Of a stretch of DNA of 61,642 bases, positions 1 through 11,225 are shown in pieces. The notes beneath the pieces are model-generated. The model was not told the origin of the DNA. It made no database searches and worked only from the letters and a program-made list of their open reading frames with translations. Source of the stretch: Chiloscyllium plagiosum (lineage: Eukaryota); NCBI RefSeq assembly GCF_004010195.1, contig NC_057729.1, positions 4,699,452 to 4,761,093 of the forward strand. Reading direction: 5' to 3'. The translations under genes and the position numbers were made by a program. Every line of letters begins with the position of its first letter. Position 1 is the first letter of the stretch.

Positions 1-627
1 AGATGGACTGTTCCACATATCCAACGAAGAGGCAGGCATAGCTGGGGCCCATGCGGGTGCCCATGGTTACTCCTTTGGTTTGGAGGAAGTGGGAGGATTG
101 GAAAGAGAAGTTGTTCAGAGTGAGGACCAGTTCAGTCAGTCGAAGGAGGGTGTCAGTGGAAGGGGACTGGTTGGTTCAGCAGGAAAGGAAGCAGCGGAGG
201 GCTTTGAGGCCTTCGTGATGGGGAATGGAGGTGTATAGGGACTGGTGTCCATGGTGAAGATAAGGCATTGGGGGCCTGGGAAGCGAAAATCATGGAGGAG
301 GTGGAGGGCGTGGGTGGGTGTCCCAAACGTAGGTGGGGAGTTCTTGGACTAATGGGGACAGGACCATGTCGAGGTATGCAGAGATGAGTTTGGTGGGGCA
401 GGAGCAGGCTGAGACAATGGGTCAGCCGGGGCAGTCAGGTTTGTGGATTTTGGGGAGGAGGTAGAAACGGGCGGTGCGGGGTTGTGGGACTATGAGGTTG
501 GAGGCGGTGGATGGGAGATCCCCTGAGGTGATGAGGTTATGGATGGTCTGGGAGATGATGGTTTGGTGGTGGGAGGTGGGGTCATGGTCAAGGGGGCAGT
601 AGGAAGAGGTGTCCGCGAGCTGGCGTT
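1..627 (-). mobile_element. Penelope-like retroelement fragment (reverse transcriptase region), cut by window start
   Basis: Minus strand translates to LRLTELVLTLNNFSFQSSHFLQTKGVTMGTRMGPSYACLFVGYVEQSI, a GxxMGxxxxP RT motif typical of Penelope-like elements; related sequence near 48900-49110. Confidence 0.8.
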
Positions 628-3079
628 AAGCTCCAGCAATATAAAGATTGAAACTCATTTTGACATAGACCTCTCAACATCAATAGACAGGACATTTATT
701 TGGACTCGAATGCAGATTATCAAGCTGAAAACAAATATAAACCTGCTGTGCAATCCAGCTGACTAATTGGCATCACTTTATAGGATCAGAAATAACATAA
801 TTGCACTACCTAGGATTTAAGAAAAATGTTTTCATATCAAGCAGTTCAGTATTCTTGCCATTTGTAAGGCTGTAAAATGTCCACAGGCTTGACAGCCAAA
901 CGCTGTTGATCCTTGGTCACCATCAGCTATTTTTCATTTTTCTAGACAACAACTTGTAGGGGTGGTTGCAGCTGTTCATTATCTCACTGTCTCTCATTTC
1001 AACTGTTCTTAAGAAAGATGAAAGCACCTGGGTTAGAAGCATATTGGTATTCAAGACATATTTAAGAGCAACCTTCCCTGAGGAATGAAATAAGTACACA
1101 CCCCAGGTTCCTAAACACTGTGCAAGGAAAATAATTTCTTCCACAATACACCTGTCAGTTTAGTAGCACAGGAAAACGTAAACCTATTAGAGCACAGTTC
1201 TTCAGTTCAGGGAATTTTACCCTAAGGACTCATTCAAATATCATGGCTTTTTCAAAAAAAAATTAGCATTGTGTTTACAAAGGAACTAAATGTTAATAAA
1301 CAATCACATCCTTCTAATGCTCTTCCTCGGATCAAAACTATAAACTTCGGAAAGGTTGTGATTGTCAAAAAGTCTCACAATCGCACAAACTATATACAGC
1401 AGACACTACAGGATCCCACGACCCCATTCTGAACATTCTTTCCAGAAATAAAACTACATAACAGTATGCAGAATTAAAGATACTTGGAACAGATACAGTA
1501 CTTTATTGTTCAGTAGACTGTATACTGTATATACACTGAGGTATCTGACATTACACCATCTTACATGCACATCTTGATAACAATGTTTTGATTATCCTAC
1601 AAAGTATATATAGAAGTTGGAGTATGCAAGCTTTGTTACTTTGCAGATTTTGTTTTTAACTGAACACAGCAAATCATCTGCAGTGTCAACACCTTCTTTG
1701 CTGCAGATGATACTTGACTGGCTAATTATCAAACAACAGTGTGAAAACAGAAAAATCACTTTTTAAGTTGCATATAAAGAGTACAAATGAGACATAAAGG
1801 AAAAACCTGAAGCACATATATCCCTGTGAATGTGGGTTTGTTCTAGATCTATACAGCACATGCAGCTGGAACCATATGACATAATACCAATCAGCCCATA
1901 TTCCTACACAGTCCAATTCTTTACTTGCAGGCATCTAACATGACCCATGAACGTTTGGAGCATTGAAGGGTTGTCTCATTCTCACCATACAAAACTGGCA
2001 CCTACACTGGCATTTTCCACTTTTTATTACAACTATATGCAAATTGAACACTGATTACTGAGCAGCATCATTTGTGAATATACAGAATGTTACATTCATG
2101 TACAACCCAGCCCACTAGTACATATTGTACCTCATGGATAAGGAAATGTCACTATACAAGCTGCATTCCGCTCAGAGGAGGGGCACACCCCATATCGGCC
2201 CAGGTGAAAACCTTCCTGCACCTCTCAGGCCTACACTAGCATATCAAAAGGCCTCCTCTATGACCCAGAGATGGATGTGCCAAAAGCCCACCTTTCCTGG
2301 CCAGTTCAGGGTCCCACCACCAACAACATGCCTCACGCCGCTGATAACGTAGTGCCCCATCTACACATGTCACACCCTTTTTCCTCAATTCCGGAGAAGG
2401 CCCCTGAAGCCACCTTCCAACACACCTGACCACACTTTCTTCCCCCCCCCCCCCCCCGACACCTTCTCCTCCCCCAAACCATCTCTGCTGGCTCGTGTGA
2501 CAGCTCCTAACCACAGGTGACTGCCATCTCATCCACATCCCATTCTCCTTCACTGTACAGAGATGTTGGTCCTCCTTCAATCCCTGCTCCTCCTCCTCCT
2601 CCCACCAGGTACAGAGTGTCTTCGCACTTCTGCAATTAGGGGTCTGCACATAGCCCCTCCTAGGTGAAGGCTCTCTCCTCCTCCTGTCATCACCCCCAGG
2701 AGGACCTTGCCCTCCCTTATCCCCTTCATTCCTCCTCCTAGCTCCCTCCACTGCTCCCATCCCTCACCCTCTCCTCACTTTCATTCTCCTCACCCTCTCC
2801 ACTCCCTCCTATTCCCCTATTCTCATCCCCCACTATCGTTAGTGCCTCCCCCGCTCCCCTTTCCAAGGGGAAGGGAGACCCCCTGCAACTGAGGTCTGCC
2901 TGTGCACCTGTCACTGAGGGAGGGGGAGAGGTCAGCTTTCATCCTCGCTCCGTCCCCAAACACAATCGGAACCAGTTTTCGGCACGCCCTTTGCCCCCAG
3001 ACTGCGCTCGGGCCGCACGCTAAGGAATTAACAGACGGACGGCCGCCGCCTGGAACTGCTGTCAGCCTCCGGTACTCAC

Positions 3080-3145
3080 CATCACCCAAAGCGCGAACCG
3101 ACAACAGTCTCCCCGCTATCCCCGCTAGCCGAAAGATGGCGGCCG
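3080..3145 (-). other. First exon of a minus-strand gene transcribed divergently from CD40-like A (5' end approximate)
   Basis: CpG-rich; minus strand reads ...GGTGATG|GTGAGTAC, a strong donor with intron starting at 3079 and an ATG at the exon end (3080-3082). Human NCOA5 lies head-to-head with CD40, but no NCOA5 coding sequence was recognised here. Confidence 0.6.
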
Positions 3146-3315
3146 TTTCAGGTTAGTATGGGCCCAATACGCATGCGCAGCTTCTCGCCGCGCCTCCCGG
3201 GAATTGTAGTCCTCCATCTTTCGGCACCGCGTGAGACTACAAATTCCAGCAGCACATAATGCGCAGGCGCTCTCCTCACGGGTGAAGCACAGTGCACTAT
3301 GGGAGTTGTGGTTCA
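3130..3315. promoter_or_regulatory. CpG-island housekeeping-type promoter: YY1, 2x NRF1, 3x ZNF143/SBS motifs
   Basis: AAGATGGCGGC 3133-3143 (YY1); CGCATGCGCA 3170-3179 and TGCGCAGGCGC 3260-3270 (NRF1); GGGAATTGTAGT 3199-3210, ACTACAAATTCCAGCAGCAC 3236-3255 and GTGCACTATGGGAGTTGTGGT 3292-3312 (ACTACAnnTCCCA-type SBS). Confidence 0.8.
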
Positions 3316-3888
3316 ACTCGCAATCCCAGTTGATAGCAGGAGTCATTGCTCAATATTTCCACCTGGAGTATGTGCGTAAGGGATTTTCCAGCGATCCGTT
3401 AAAACAAAACCCTTGGAATCAACGCGGATTATATGTACTCCCGTAAATTGCAGCGGATAAAGGAAGAAGTGGAATTTTTGACAGCCTAATTGGGAAACGT
3501 TTCCCCACGTCATTGTTTGTGAATTGGACTGGGTTGTGACAATTTGGGGTCTGTACATCCGATTTAACTTTCAAAATACAATCTCACAATCGAAAATACC
3601 TGACTCAACAATGTTTTACTGAACTGTGCTTGATGCAGAGTCACGATCTGAAATGTTAACTCTGTTTCTCTTTCCACCGATGCTACCAGATTTGCTGAGG
3701 TTTTCCAGTCTTCTCAGTACAATATTACAATTTTGCCTGATATTTTATGTATATATTTAATGAACTCAGACCTTAAGCTGTTACTTTAAACCCATCACAA
3801 TTCTTTCTATTAACATCTTATCCATTGTTCTATTTCTGGTTAAAGTTGAGCCACAAGTATAAAACAGAATAGCTGTTAGTATAGAAAC

Positions 3889-4301
3889 ACTTCAACCCCA
3901 GGGCTTCCGCCTCGGAACACTTCAACCCCAGGGCATCAATGTGGACTTCAACAGCTTCCTCATTTCCCCTTCCCCCACCTCATCCTAGTTTCAAACTTCC
4001 AGCTCCGCACTGTCCCCTTGACTTGTCCGACCTGCCTAGCTCCTTTTCCACCTATCCACTCCACCCTCTCCTCCCTGACCTATCACCTTCATCTCCTCCC
4101 CCACTCACCTGTTGTACTCTATGCTACTTTCTCCCCATCCCCACCCTTCTCTAGTTTATCTCTCCACGCTTCAGGCTCTCTGCCTTTATGCCCGAAACGT
4201 CGATTTTGCTGCTCGTCGGATGCTGCCTGCATTGCTGTGCTCTTCCAGCACCACTGATCCAGAATCTGGTTTCCAGCATTTGCAGTCATTGTTTTTACCC
4301 C
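3889..4301 (+). mobile_element. Penelope-like element 3' end (GIY-YIG tail plus pLTR) with TSD
   Basis: Encodes FRLGTLQPQGINVDFNSF; pLTR with GCCCGAAACGTCG; flanked by AGTATAGAAAC at 3878-3888 and 4302-4312. Confidence 0.75.
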
Positions 4302-4704
4302 AGTATAGAAACTGACAATCCAAAATAAACAGGAACTGAAGTAGGCCAATGTGCTTGACAAATGTTCACACAAAAGTATGACCAAATGTCACAAGGTGAA
4401 GTGTGTTTGTAGACCCATGATATGTACCACATGCAAGTATTTGTTGAAATCTTGATGTTTGTGAGCATTATGCCATGTTAAAATTGATTGTTATATAAGT
4501 CATAGTCTGGATATTCAGTATTCTCACTGACACCAGACTCCAGAAGCAACTGGTCTGCTTGAATAAAAACTGGAAGAACTGCGGATGCTTTAAATCAGAA
4601 ACAAATACAGAGGTTGCTGGAAAAGCACAGCAATCTGGCAGCGTCTGTGAAGAGGTATCAAAGTTAATGTTTCAGGTCTGGTGATCCTCCCTTAGAGCTT
4701 CCTT

Positions 4705-5050
4705 AGTCAAGATGATGAGAGGCATAGATAGAGTGGATAGCCAGGGACATTTTCCCATGGCGGGCATGTCTATCATGAGTGGGCATAATTTTAAGGTGAT
4801 TGGGTAAAGGTTTAGGGGAGATGTGAGAGGTAGGTTGTTTACACAGAGAGTGGTGGGTGCGTGAAATGCAATGCCCGCAGTGGTAGTAGAGTCAGAGACA
4901 TTAGGGACATTTAAGCAACTCTTGGATAGGCATGTGGAAGATAGTACAATGAAGGGTATGTAGGTTAGTCTGATCTTAGAGTAGGATAAAAGGTCGGCAC
5001 AACATCGAGAGCCAAGGGCCTGTACTATGCTGTACTGTTCTATGTTCTAT
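4705..5050 (+). mobile_element. CR1-type LINE 3' end
   Basis: Typical ORF2 C-terminus (RG.DRVD...F.QRVV.AW) followed by a TTCTATG-type repeat tail. Confidence 0.75.
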
Positions 5051-5534
5051 TAGTAAAAAATTGTGAGGTAAAATTTATAGAAACCAAAGCTGATTTGCAG
5101 CCAGTGGTAAAATGGAGCAGAAATCAGTTCAGCTTACATGAATTTATAAACTATAATTTTACATCCATTTATCATCAATTTAAATGCCAAGATCTTTTTA
5201 ATGGAAATCATTTGTAGATGTTATTGTATTATGACATTGTAAATTTGTTTGTGAAAAATGTACATTGGGTGCGTTAGAAAGCCCTGTGGCCAGAAACAGG
5301 ATTTTCCTTATTATCCTACAAGGTATTTACCCAGACCAAAAAGTTTCTTCACTTGGTGTAAAACATTAGTACAGAGACAAATAACAGCATTACACCTCCA
5401 GGAAACAGAATGTTTAGGTACCAGACTCTAGGCCACTGGTAATCCAAGTGCTTAAGAAAAGATACAAAAATGACAGGTGACATTTCACTGTTTTGTGAAG
5501 TAGCAACAGCTAAATGAGATTGACGCATAGATGA

Positions 5535-6405
5535 GACTTAAAGTCTGCAGAAGGATATAGATAGGTTAAGTGAGTGGGCAATGGTCTGGCAGATGGAGTA
5601 CAATGTTGCTAAATGTAAGGTCATCCATTTTGGTAGAAATAACAGCAAAATACACTTATTTAAATGGTGAAAAATCACAGCATACTGCTGTACAAAGGCA
5701 CATGGGTGTTCTTGTGCATGAATCAAAAAAAGTTGATTTGCAGGTATAGCAAGTAATTAAGAAGGCAAATTGTATATTGTCCTTCATTGCTAGACGGATG
5801 GAGTTTAAAATTAAGGAGGTTATTCTCCAACAATATATGGTGCTGGTGAGGCCAATTCTGGAGTACTGTGTTCAGGTTTGGTCTCCTTACTTGAGAAAAG
5901 ATGTACTGGCACTTGAAAGGGCTACAGAGGAGGTTCATTCGATTAATCCCAGAATTGAAAGGGTTGGCTTATGAGGAGAAATTGAGTAGACTGGAATTGG
6001 AATTTAGAAGAATGTGAGGCGATTTTATAGAGCCATATAAAATTATGAAGGAATAGACAAGATAGAAGCAGGGAGGTTATTTCCATTGGCCGGTGAAACT
6101 AGAACTAGGGGCATAGCCTCAAAATAACAGGGAGCAGGTTTAGGATTGAGTTGAGGAGGAACTTGTTCACCCAAATGGTTGTTAATCTGTGAAATTCCCT
6201 GCTCAGTGAAGCAGTTGAGGCTACCTCGTTGAATGTTTTTAAGGCAAAGATACATTTTCGAATAGTAAAGGAATGAAGGATGATGATGAGGGGTGTGTTG
6301 TTGGAACTGAGTCCACAAAAAGGTCAACCATGATCTTGTTGAATGACGGAGCAGGCTGGAGAGGTGAGGTGACCTATTCCTGCTCCTATTTCTTATGATC
6401 TTATG
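5535..6405 (+). mobile_element. CR1-type LINE 3' portion, degenerate
   Basis: LQKDIDRLSEWAMVWQMEYNVAKCKVIHFG and LVRPILEYCVQVWSPYLRKD motifs; TTCTTATG tail. Confidence 0.85.
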
Positions 6406-7169
6406 TGATGTGGGGTTGGGAAATCGTTTGGATTACTGGTAAAAGTGGAGCAAAACTCGAACCTCCATCACACAGAATTCCCTCATCTGCTATGCCCAAT
6501 CTCAGGACGCTCCAGTTTCACCTCAAACCTCAGTCTGAGATCATGGGGATTTCTTTTGTGGTAAGGCATTGAGGTCACTGCCGCTAAATCTGTTGGCTTT
6601 ATTATTTTTAGTTTTATGTTATTGTGTATGTGTGTATATGTATGTGGGGGGGGGGGGCAAGGGAGAAATTCGACCTTTCCAAGGACCACCCACGGTTGTC
6701 TTGACCCTTAACCCGGACGCTTTGGACTCTGGCTGGAACTTTCTTTATGCTGAGCAATTCAAGTGTGAAATCACCAGGAGCTGGGTCAGCTCTCCTTAAC
6801 GCTTCTGTCTAACAGGAAGGATTCAGTTTAAGAGGAGACAGACCCAGCACACAATCTGAGATATTGAACAGGGGAGGGGAGAAAAAAAACACTTTCGAAC
6901 CACTCTGTGCAAAATTTCCATTCCTTTAAACCGTCAGGACAATAACTTGGGAACGACATTATTTTGTTAGAAGGAAATGAACAGGAGGAAATCCGACGCT
7001 GTTGGTTTCACGATTGCAAACAATGAATGATTTGATATTATCTGAATTTAGCGGCAGATACTGAAGCAGAGCTGATGTAATGAGATGGGAATAACGGTAT
7101 TGTCAGCAGCGCCACACAAACCCAAAAGCAAAACAAAAGTAACGCAAGGTTTAGGTGAAAGAGACTGCG

Positions 7170-7240
7170 GTTGGAAAGCCCCTCGGAAAATACCGCCTAA
7201 AGGCGGGTGGGGGAAGGAGCCAGTGCTCTGTATAAATCGC
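7170..7240 (+). promoter_or_regulatory. Proximal promoter of CD40-like A: NF-kB site, GC-rich box, TATA
   Basis: GGAAAGCCCC 7173-7182 (reverse complement GGGGCTTTCC, kB consensus); AGGCGGGTGG at 7201; TATAAAT 7231-7237, about 160 bp upstream of the ATG. Confidence 0.55.
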
Positions 7241-7396
7241 TCCTGCGCCTGATCGCTAACGTATTTGCAACAAGCAAAGAAAAAGCCACCGTTTCGGGCA
7301 GGAACCTACTGTTAACTCAAAGAAAATCAAACATCCCTTCCAGATCACTTTTTCACACAAAATTGAAAAAAAAAAGGAGGAAGTGTTTAGGACAAA

Positions 7397-7444
7397 ATGC
7401 TCAGACCAAGTATCCTGGCTTGCTGTGTTTTATGTCTGTTTCAG
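7397..7444 (+). CDS. CD40: CD40-like A exon 1 (signal peptide MLRPSILACCVLCLFQ)
   Basis: AAAATG start, hydrophobic 16 codons, CAG|GTAAGT phase-0 donor matching the phase-0 start of exon 2; resembles human CD40 exon 1 (MVRLPLQCVLWGCLLTA). Confidence 0.8.
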
Positions 7445-8516
7445 GTAAGTTTCAATGTGTTCAAAATTACTGCGATGGAGTTAGCTTGCTCCCTGTTGAA
7501 AACCTTTTTTTAAAGAAATGGGACAGGAATTTCTTTCTGCATTTGGCGAGTGAATGCGAGAGAATAACCACTGGGAAATAGACCGCGGGGGAATTGTTCA
7601 GTGACTAATGACTTGGAGGTGGACAAAGTTAAAAATCAGACAACGCCAGGTTAATAGTCCAACAGGTTTATTTGGCAGCAACACTTGAATGTTGGGGGTC
7701 TGATCAATAGGATAAGTGGGCTGAGGGCACAGAGACACTTTCAAATATAACATCACAGTTACCACTGAAACGTGGCTTAGAAGAGGGCAGGAAGAGCAAG
7801 TGGACATTTCTGGTGTACAGGGTTTTCAGAAGGGGATTGGCAGCTGAAAAATAGTTGCGGATGGGAGTGGGAGTGCTTAGGAGAGACAATCAATCAGGAC
7901 GGACGATGTCCTCAATATTGAGTAAGAACGGAACGCACCTACGGCTGGGAATATACCGTACATCCCCGGTCAGAGGGAGATAGAAAAGCAAACGTGTAAT
8001 CGAAGCAAAAACAGTAGTTGCTGGAAAAACTCAGCAGGCCTGGCAGCATCTGTGCAGAGAAATCAGAGTTAAGTTTTCAGATCCTCAGAACTGAAATGTG
8101 TCATGGGCTGAATGTTGCCGAGTGCAGAAACGATGAAGCGCTAATTGCAGGTTTCAGTCAGTTAGAGTTAGTGTGAAAGGTTATCGAGGGCACAGAATTC
8201 TTAAAAGACATTGGCGGATGGTGTTGTTTCCAACACAGCTCAACAATGGGAGGGGAATATTTTCCTCAATTTTGCGAAATGAAGACGGCATATGGCAGAA
8301 GTACCAGCACTTGCATGGTCATGATCACAATTTTGTTAGATGTAGACGTAACTGCGGGAGAGGGGCAAAGGTTAACCTAAACAAATAATAGGTGGCAATG
8401 CAAACACTGTGGATGCGGAGGCTGAGTGAGAACGATTGTTTACGTGATAAACTTAGAAAACAAATAACAAATGGTTCACCATGTTTGACCATTACCAGGC
8501 TAGGCTACTGAGAGCA

Positions 8517-9677
8517 AGTGAGGACTGCAAGGGCTGGAGCTCAGGAATGGGGGACGGGGAAGGGCCTGAGAGATAAATCGGCCAAGGTGGAAAATGAGGT
8601 GTTCTTCCTTCAGTCCTCAAATGGCTTGGATTTGGTGGTGGAGAAGGCTCAGGACTTGCGTGTCCTTGGCAGAGTGGGAGGGGGAGTTGAAGTGGTCGGC
8701 CACAGGGCGGTGGGGTTGTTTAGTGCGTGTGTCCCAGAGCTGTTTCCTGAAACACTCTGCGAGTTGCCATCCTGTCTCCCCAATGTAGAGGAGACCACAT
8801 CGGGAGCAATGGACACAGTAGAGAAGTGTTTGGATACTCAAGAAAATTTCTACTGGATGTGGAAGGATCTTTGGAACTTTGGATGGAAGTGAGGGAGGAG
8901 GTGTGAGCACATATTTTACACCTCTTGCAGTGCCAAGGGAAGGTGCCAGCAGTGGATGGTGGGGGGCATGGATCTAACAAGGGAGTCGCAAAGGGAATAG
9001 TCTCTGCTCAATACTGATGGTTGTGGGGAGGGAAATATATCCCTAGCGGTGGGGTCTGACTGTAGGTGGCGGAAATGGCAGAGGATAATGTGCTGTATCC
9101 GGAGATTGGTGGGTGGAAGGTGAGGACCCGGGGTTTCTAGTTTGTTGCGGGTGGAGGGATGGGGTTTGAGGGCAGAGGTGTGGCAAGTGGAGGAGATGTA
9201 CTGGAGGGCATCGTTGATCATGTAGGAGGGGAAATTGAGGTCTTTGAAATAGGAGGCCATTTGGGATGTGCTGAAGTGGAATTGCTCTTCCTGGGAGCAG
9301 ATATGGCGGAGGAGGAGGAAGTGGGAGTAAAGGATAGTGTTTTTACAGAGGGTTGGGGTGGGAGGACGTGTAATCCAGATAGCTGTGGGAGTCGGTGGGT
9401 TTAAAGTAAATGTCCTTGTTGAGTCGGTTACCAGAGATGGAGATGGGTCCAGGAAGGGGAGGGAGGTGTCTGAGATGGTCCAGGTGAACTTGAAGTCAGG
9501 GTGGAAAGTATTAGTGAAGTTGATGAATTGTTCAACTTCCTCATGGGAGCACGAGGTGATGCCAGTACAGTCATCAATGTAGTAGAGGAAAAGGTGGGGT
9601 ACGGTGCCAGAAACATTGACTTTCCTTATCCTTACATGCTGCCTGACTGGCTTTTCAAGCAACACACTTTTCAACAC
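8517..9677 (-). mobile_element. Penelope-like element (RT C-terminus plus GIY-YIG), frameshifted, with inverted pLTR piece and TSD
   Basis: YYIDDC..., FINFTNTFHPDFKFT, LPFLD, and YCVHCSRCGLLYIGET (GIY-YIG); TSD AGGCTAC(T/C)GAGAGCA at 8502-8516 and 9678-9692. Confidence 0.9.
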
Positions 9678-9809
9678 AGGCTACCGAGAGCACCAAGTGA
9701 ACCTAAAGCAGCTGCTTGCTATCCTCACTGGCTAAAGGTGAGGTGCCAGAGGACTGCAGGACTAGTCACTTTGTACTGTTGTTTAAAATGGAGAAAGGGA
9801 TCAGCCAAG

Positions 9810-10415
9810 TAATTTGGAGACCCTGCAGCCTTCTGGACTCAATATCAAGTTCAATAAATTTAGGGCTTGAACTCTCCCATGTCCTTAGCCCAACCCCCAT
9901 ACACCAGGCCTTGTTGTCACAGGGTCTGCCATTACACTCCCATTGTTAGCCACTAATATCCCCATTGATAATTATTAGATTAGATTCCCTACAGTGCGGA
10001 AACAGGCCCTTCGGCCCAACAAGTCCACACCGACCCTCCGAAGAGCAACTCACCCAGACCCATTCCCCTGCATTCACCCCTGACTAATGCACCTAACACT
10101 ATGGGCAATTTAAGCATGGGCCAATTCACCTGGCCTGCACATCTTTGGACTGTGGGAGGAAACCGGAGCACCTGGAGGAAACCCAGAGGAATCTGTTCCC
10201 ACTTATGGTTTACTCCTTACCCCTCCCCACCCCCCCTATCTTCTGCAAAAAAATGACATTTTTCTAGCTAACATCAGTTTTGAGGAAGGGTCACTCAACC
10301 CAAAACCTTAACTCTGATTTCTCTGCACAGATGCTGCCAGATCTGCTGAGCTTTTCCTCAAATTTGTGTTTTTGTTTCTGATTTACAGCATCTGCAGTTC
10401 TTTCAGTTTTTAACT
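9810..10415 (+). mobile_element. Penelope-like 3' end/pLTR interrupted by a SINE
   Basis: TLQPSGLNIKFNKF-like tail; degenerate hammerhead near 10276-10314; pLTR tail GATGCTGCCAGATCTGCTGAG. Confidence 0.65.
9975..10185 (-). mobile_element. HE1-type V-SINE, partial
   Basis: Reverse complement of the V-domain (GGTTTCCTCC.GGTGCTCCGGTTTCCTCCCACAGTCCAAAG) with (TAATC)n tail. Confidence 0.8.
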
Positions 10416-10454
10416 ACAACTCAATTGGTTAACCTTGTTGGTAGACACATTTAA

Positions 10455-11225
10455 TTGGAAAGAAATCTTGAGGCACAGTATAAGTTATCCTCAGAAAAAT
10501 GTGGATTTATCAAACACAGTTAACATGGATTTGTTAACAAAACATAATATTTGACTACTGCGTTTAGTTGTTTTTTGAGGAGGTGGTTCATTTGATATAG
10601 CTACCTAGATATTTATAAGGCTTTGATGACATCAGAAATGTAAAATCTCAAAGGATCAAGTTTAAGTTGGATCCAAAATTAGCTCAGTGGCTGGAGTGAA
10701 GGAGTCAATAGGTGTATTTGTGACGGGAAAGATGCTTCCAATGAAGATTAGCGCAAGATCCCTTGCTTTATTTGGTGACCAGTAATTTACATTGAATTGC
10801 AGGGGACCTTTTTAAAGATGATATAAAAAGTTGGCCTCGTATTTGATAATAAAAATGAAAGTTGTTGAGTGCAGGAAGATAGCAAGGGGCTGATCAGATG
10901 GATAAAAATGTGTCAAATATAATTCAGGCCAGAGAGGTGTGGCTACACGTTTGGGGAAAGCTAACAGGACCAAGGATATGCAGCAAATGACAGGATGCCA
11001 TAGATTGTCAGGTAACAGAGGGGCTTGGATTGCATAGTCACAAGCAGCAGGATAGATCGTTTGGGGCATACATATGGAATATATTATTCATTAATCAGGG
11101 CACTGAATATAAAGTCAGGAAGGTTGTACTAGAATTAGACATTAGAGAGAAAACCTGCTAGGCCATAGTGAAAGTATTGGAAACAATTCTGGTTACTGCT
11201 TTGCAGGAAGAATATGATTCCACTA
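10455..11225 (+). mobile_element. Old degenerate CR1 LINE fragment
   Basis: Remnants of HGFV, YLD..KAFD and DDxK motifs with many stops and frameshifts. Confidence 0.55.

Noticed and set aside
875-995. Possible H/ACA snoRNA on the minus strand (hairpin followed by ACAnnn)
   Set aside because: No convincing pseudouridylation pocket or 5' hairpin and no recognised family.
1565-1596. 32-nt minus-strand micro-exon candidate (TAG|GATAAT...GCAT|GTAAG)
   Set aside because: Weak pyrimidine tract and no recognisable peptide; needs transcript data.
1673-1711. 11-bp stem hairpin ATCATCTGCAG...CTGCAGATGAT
   Set aside because: Isolated, too short for a pre-miRNA and with no supporting context.
2236-3156. 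ORFs of 61-174 aa near the CpG island
   Set aside because: Low-complexity GC-skewed intron sequence with no recognisable domain.
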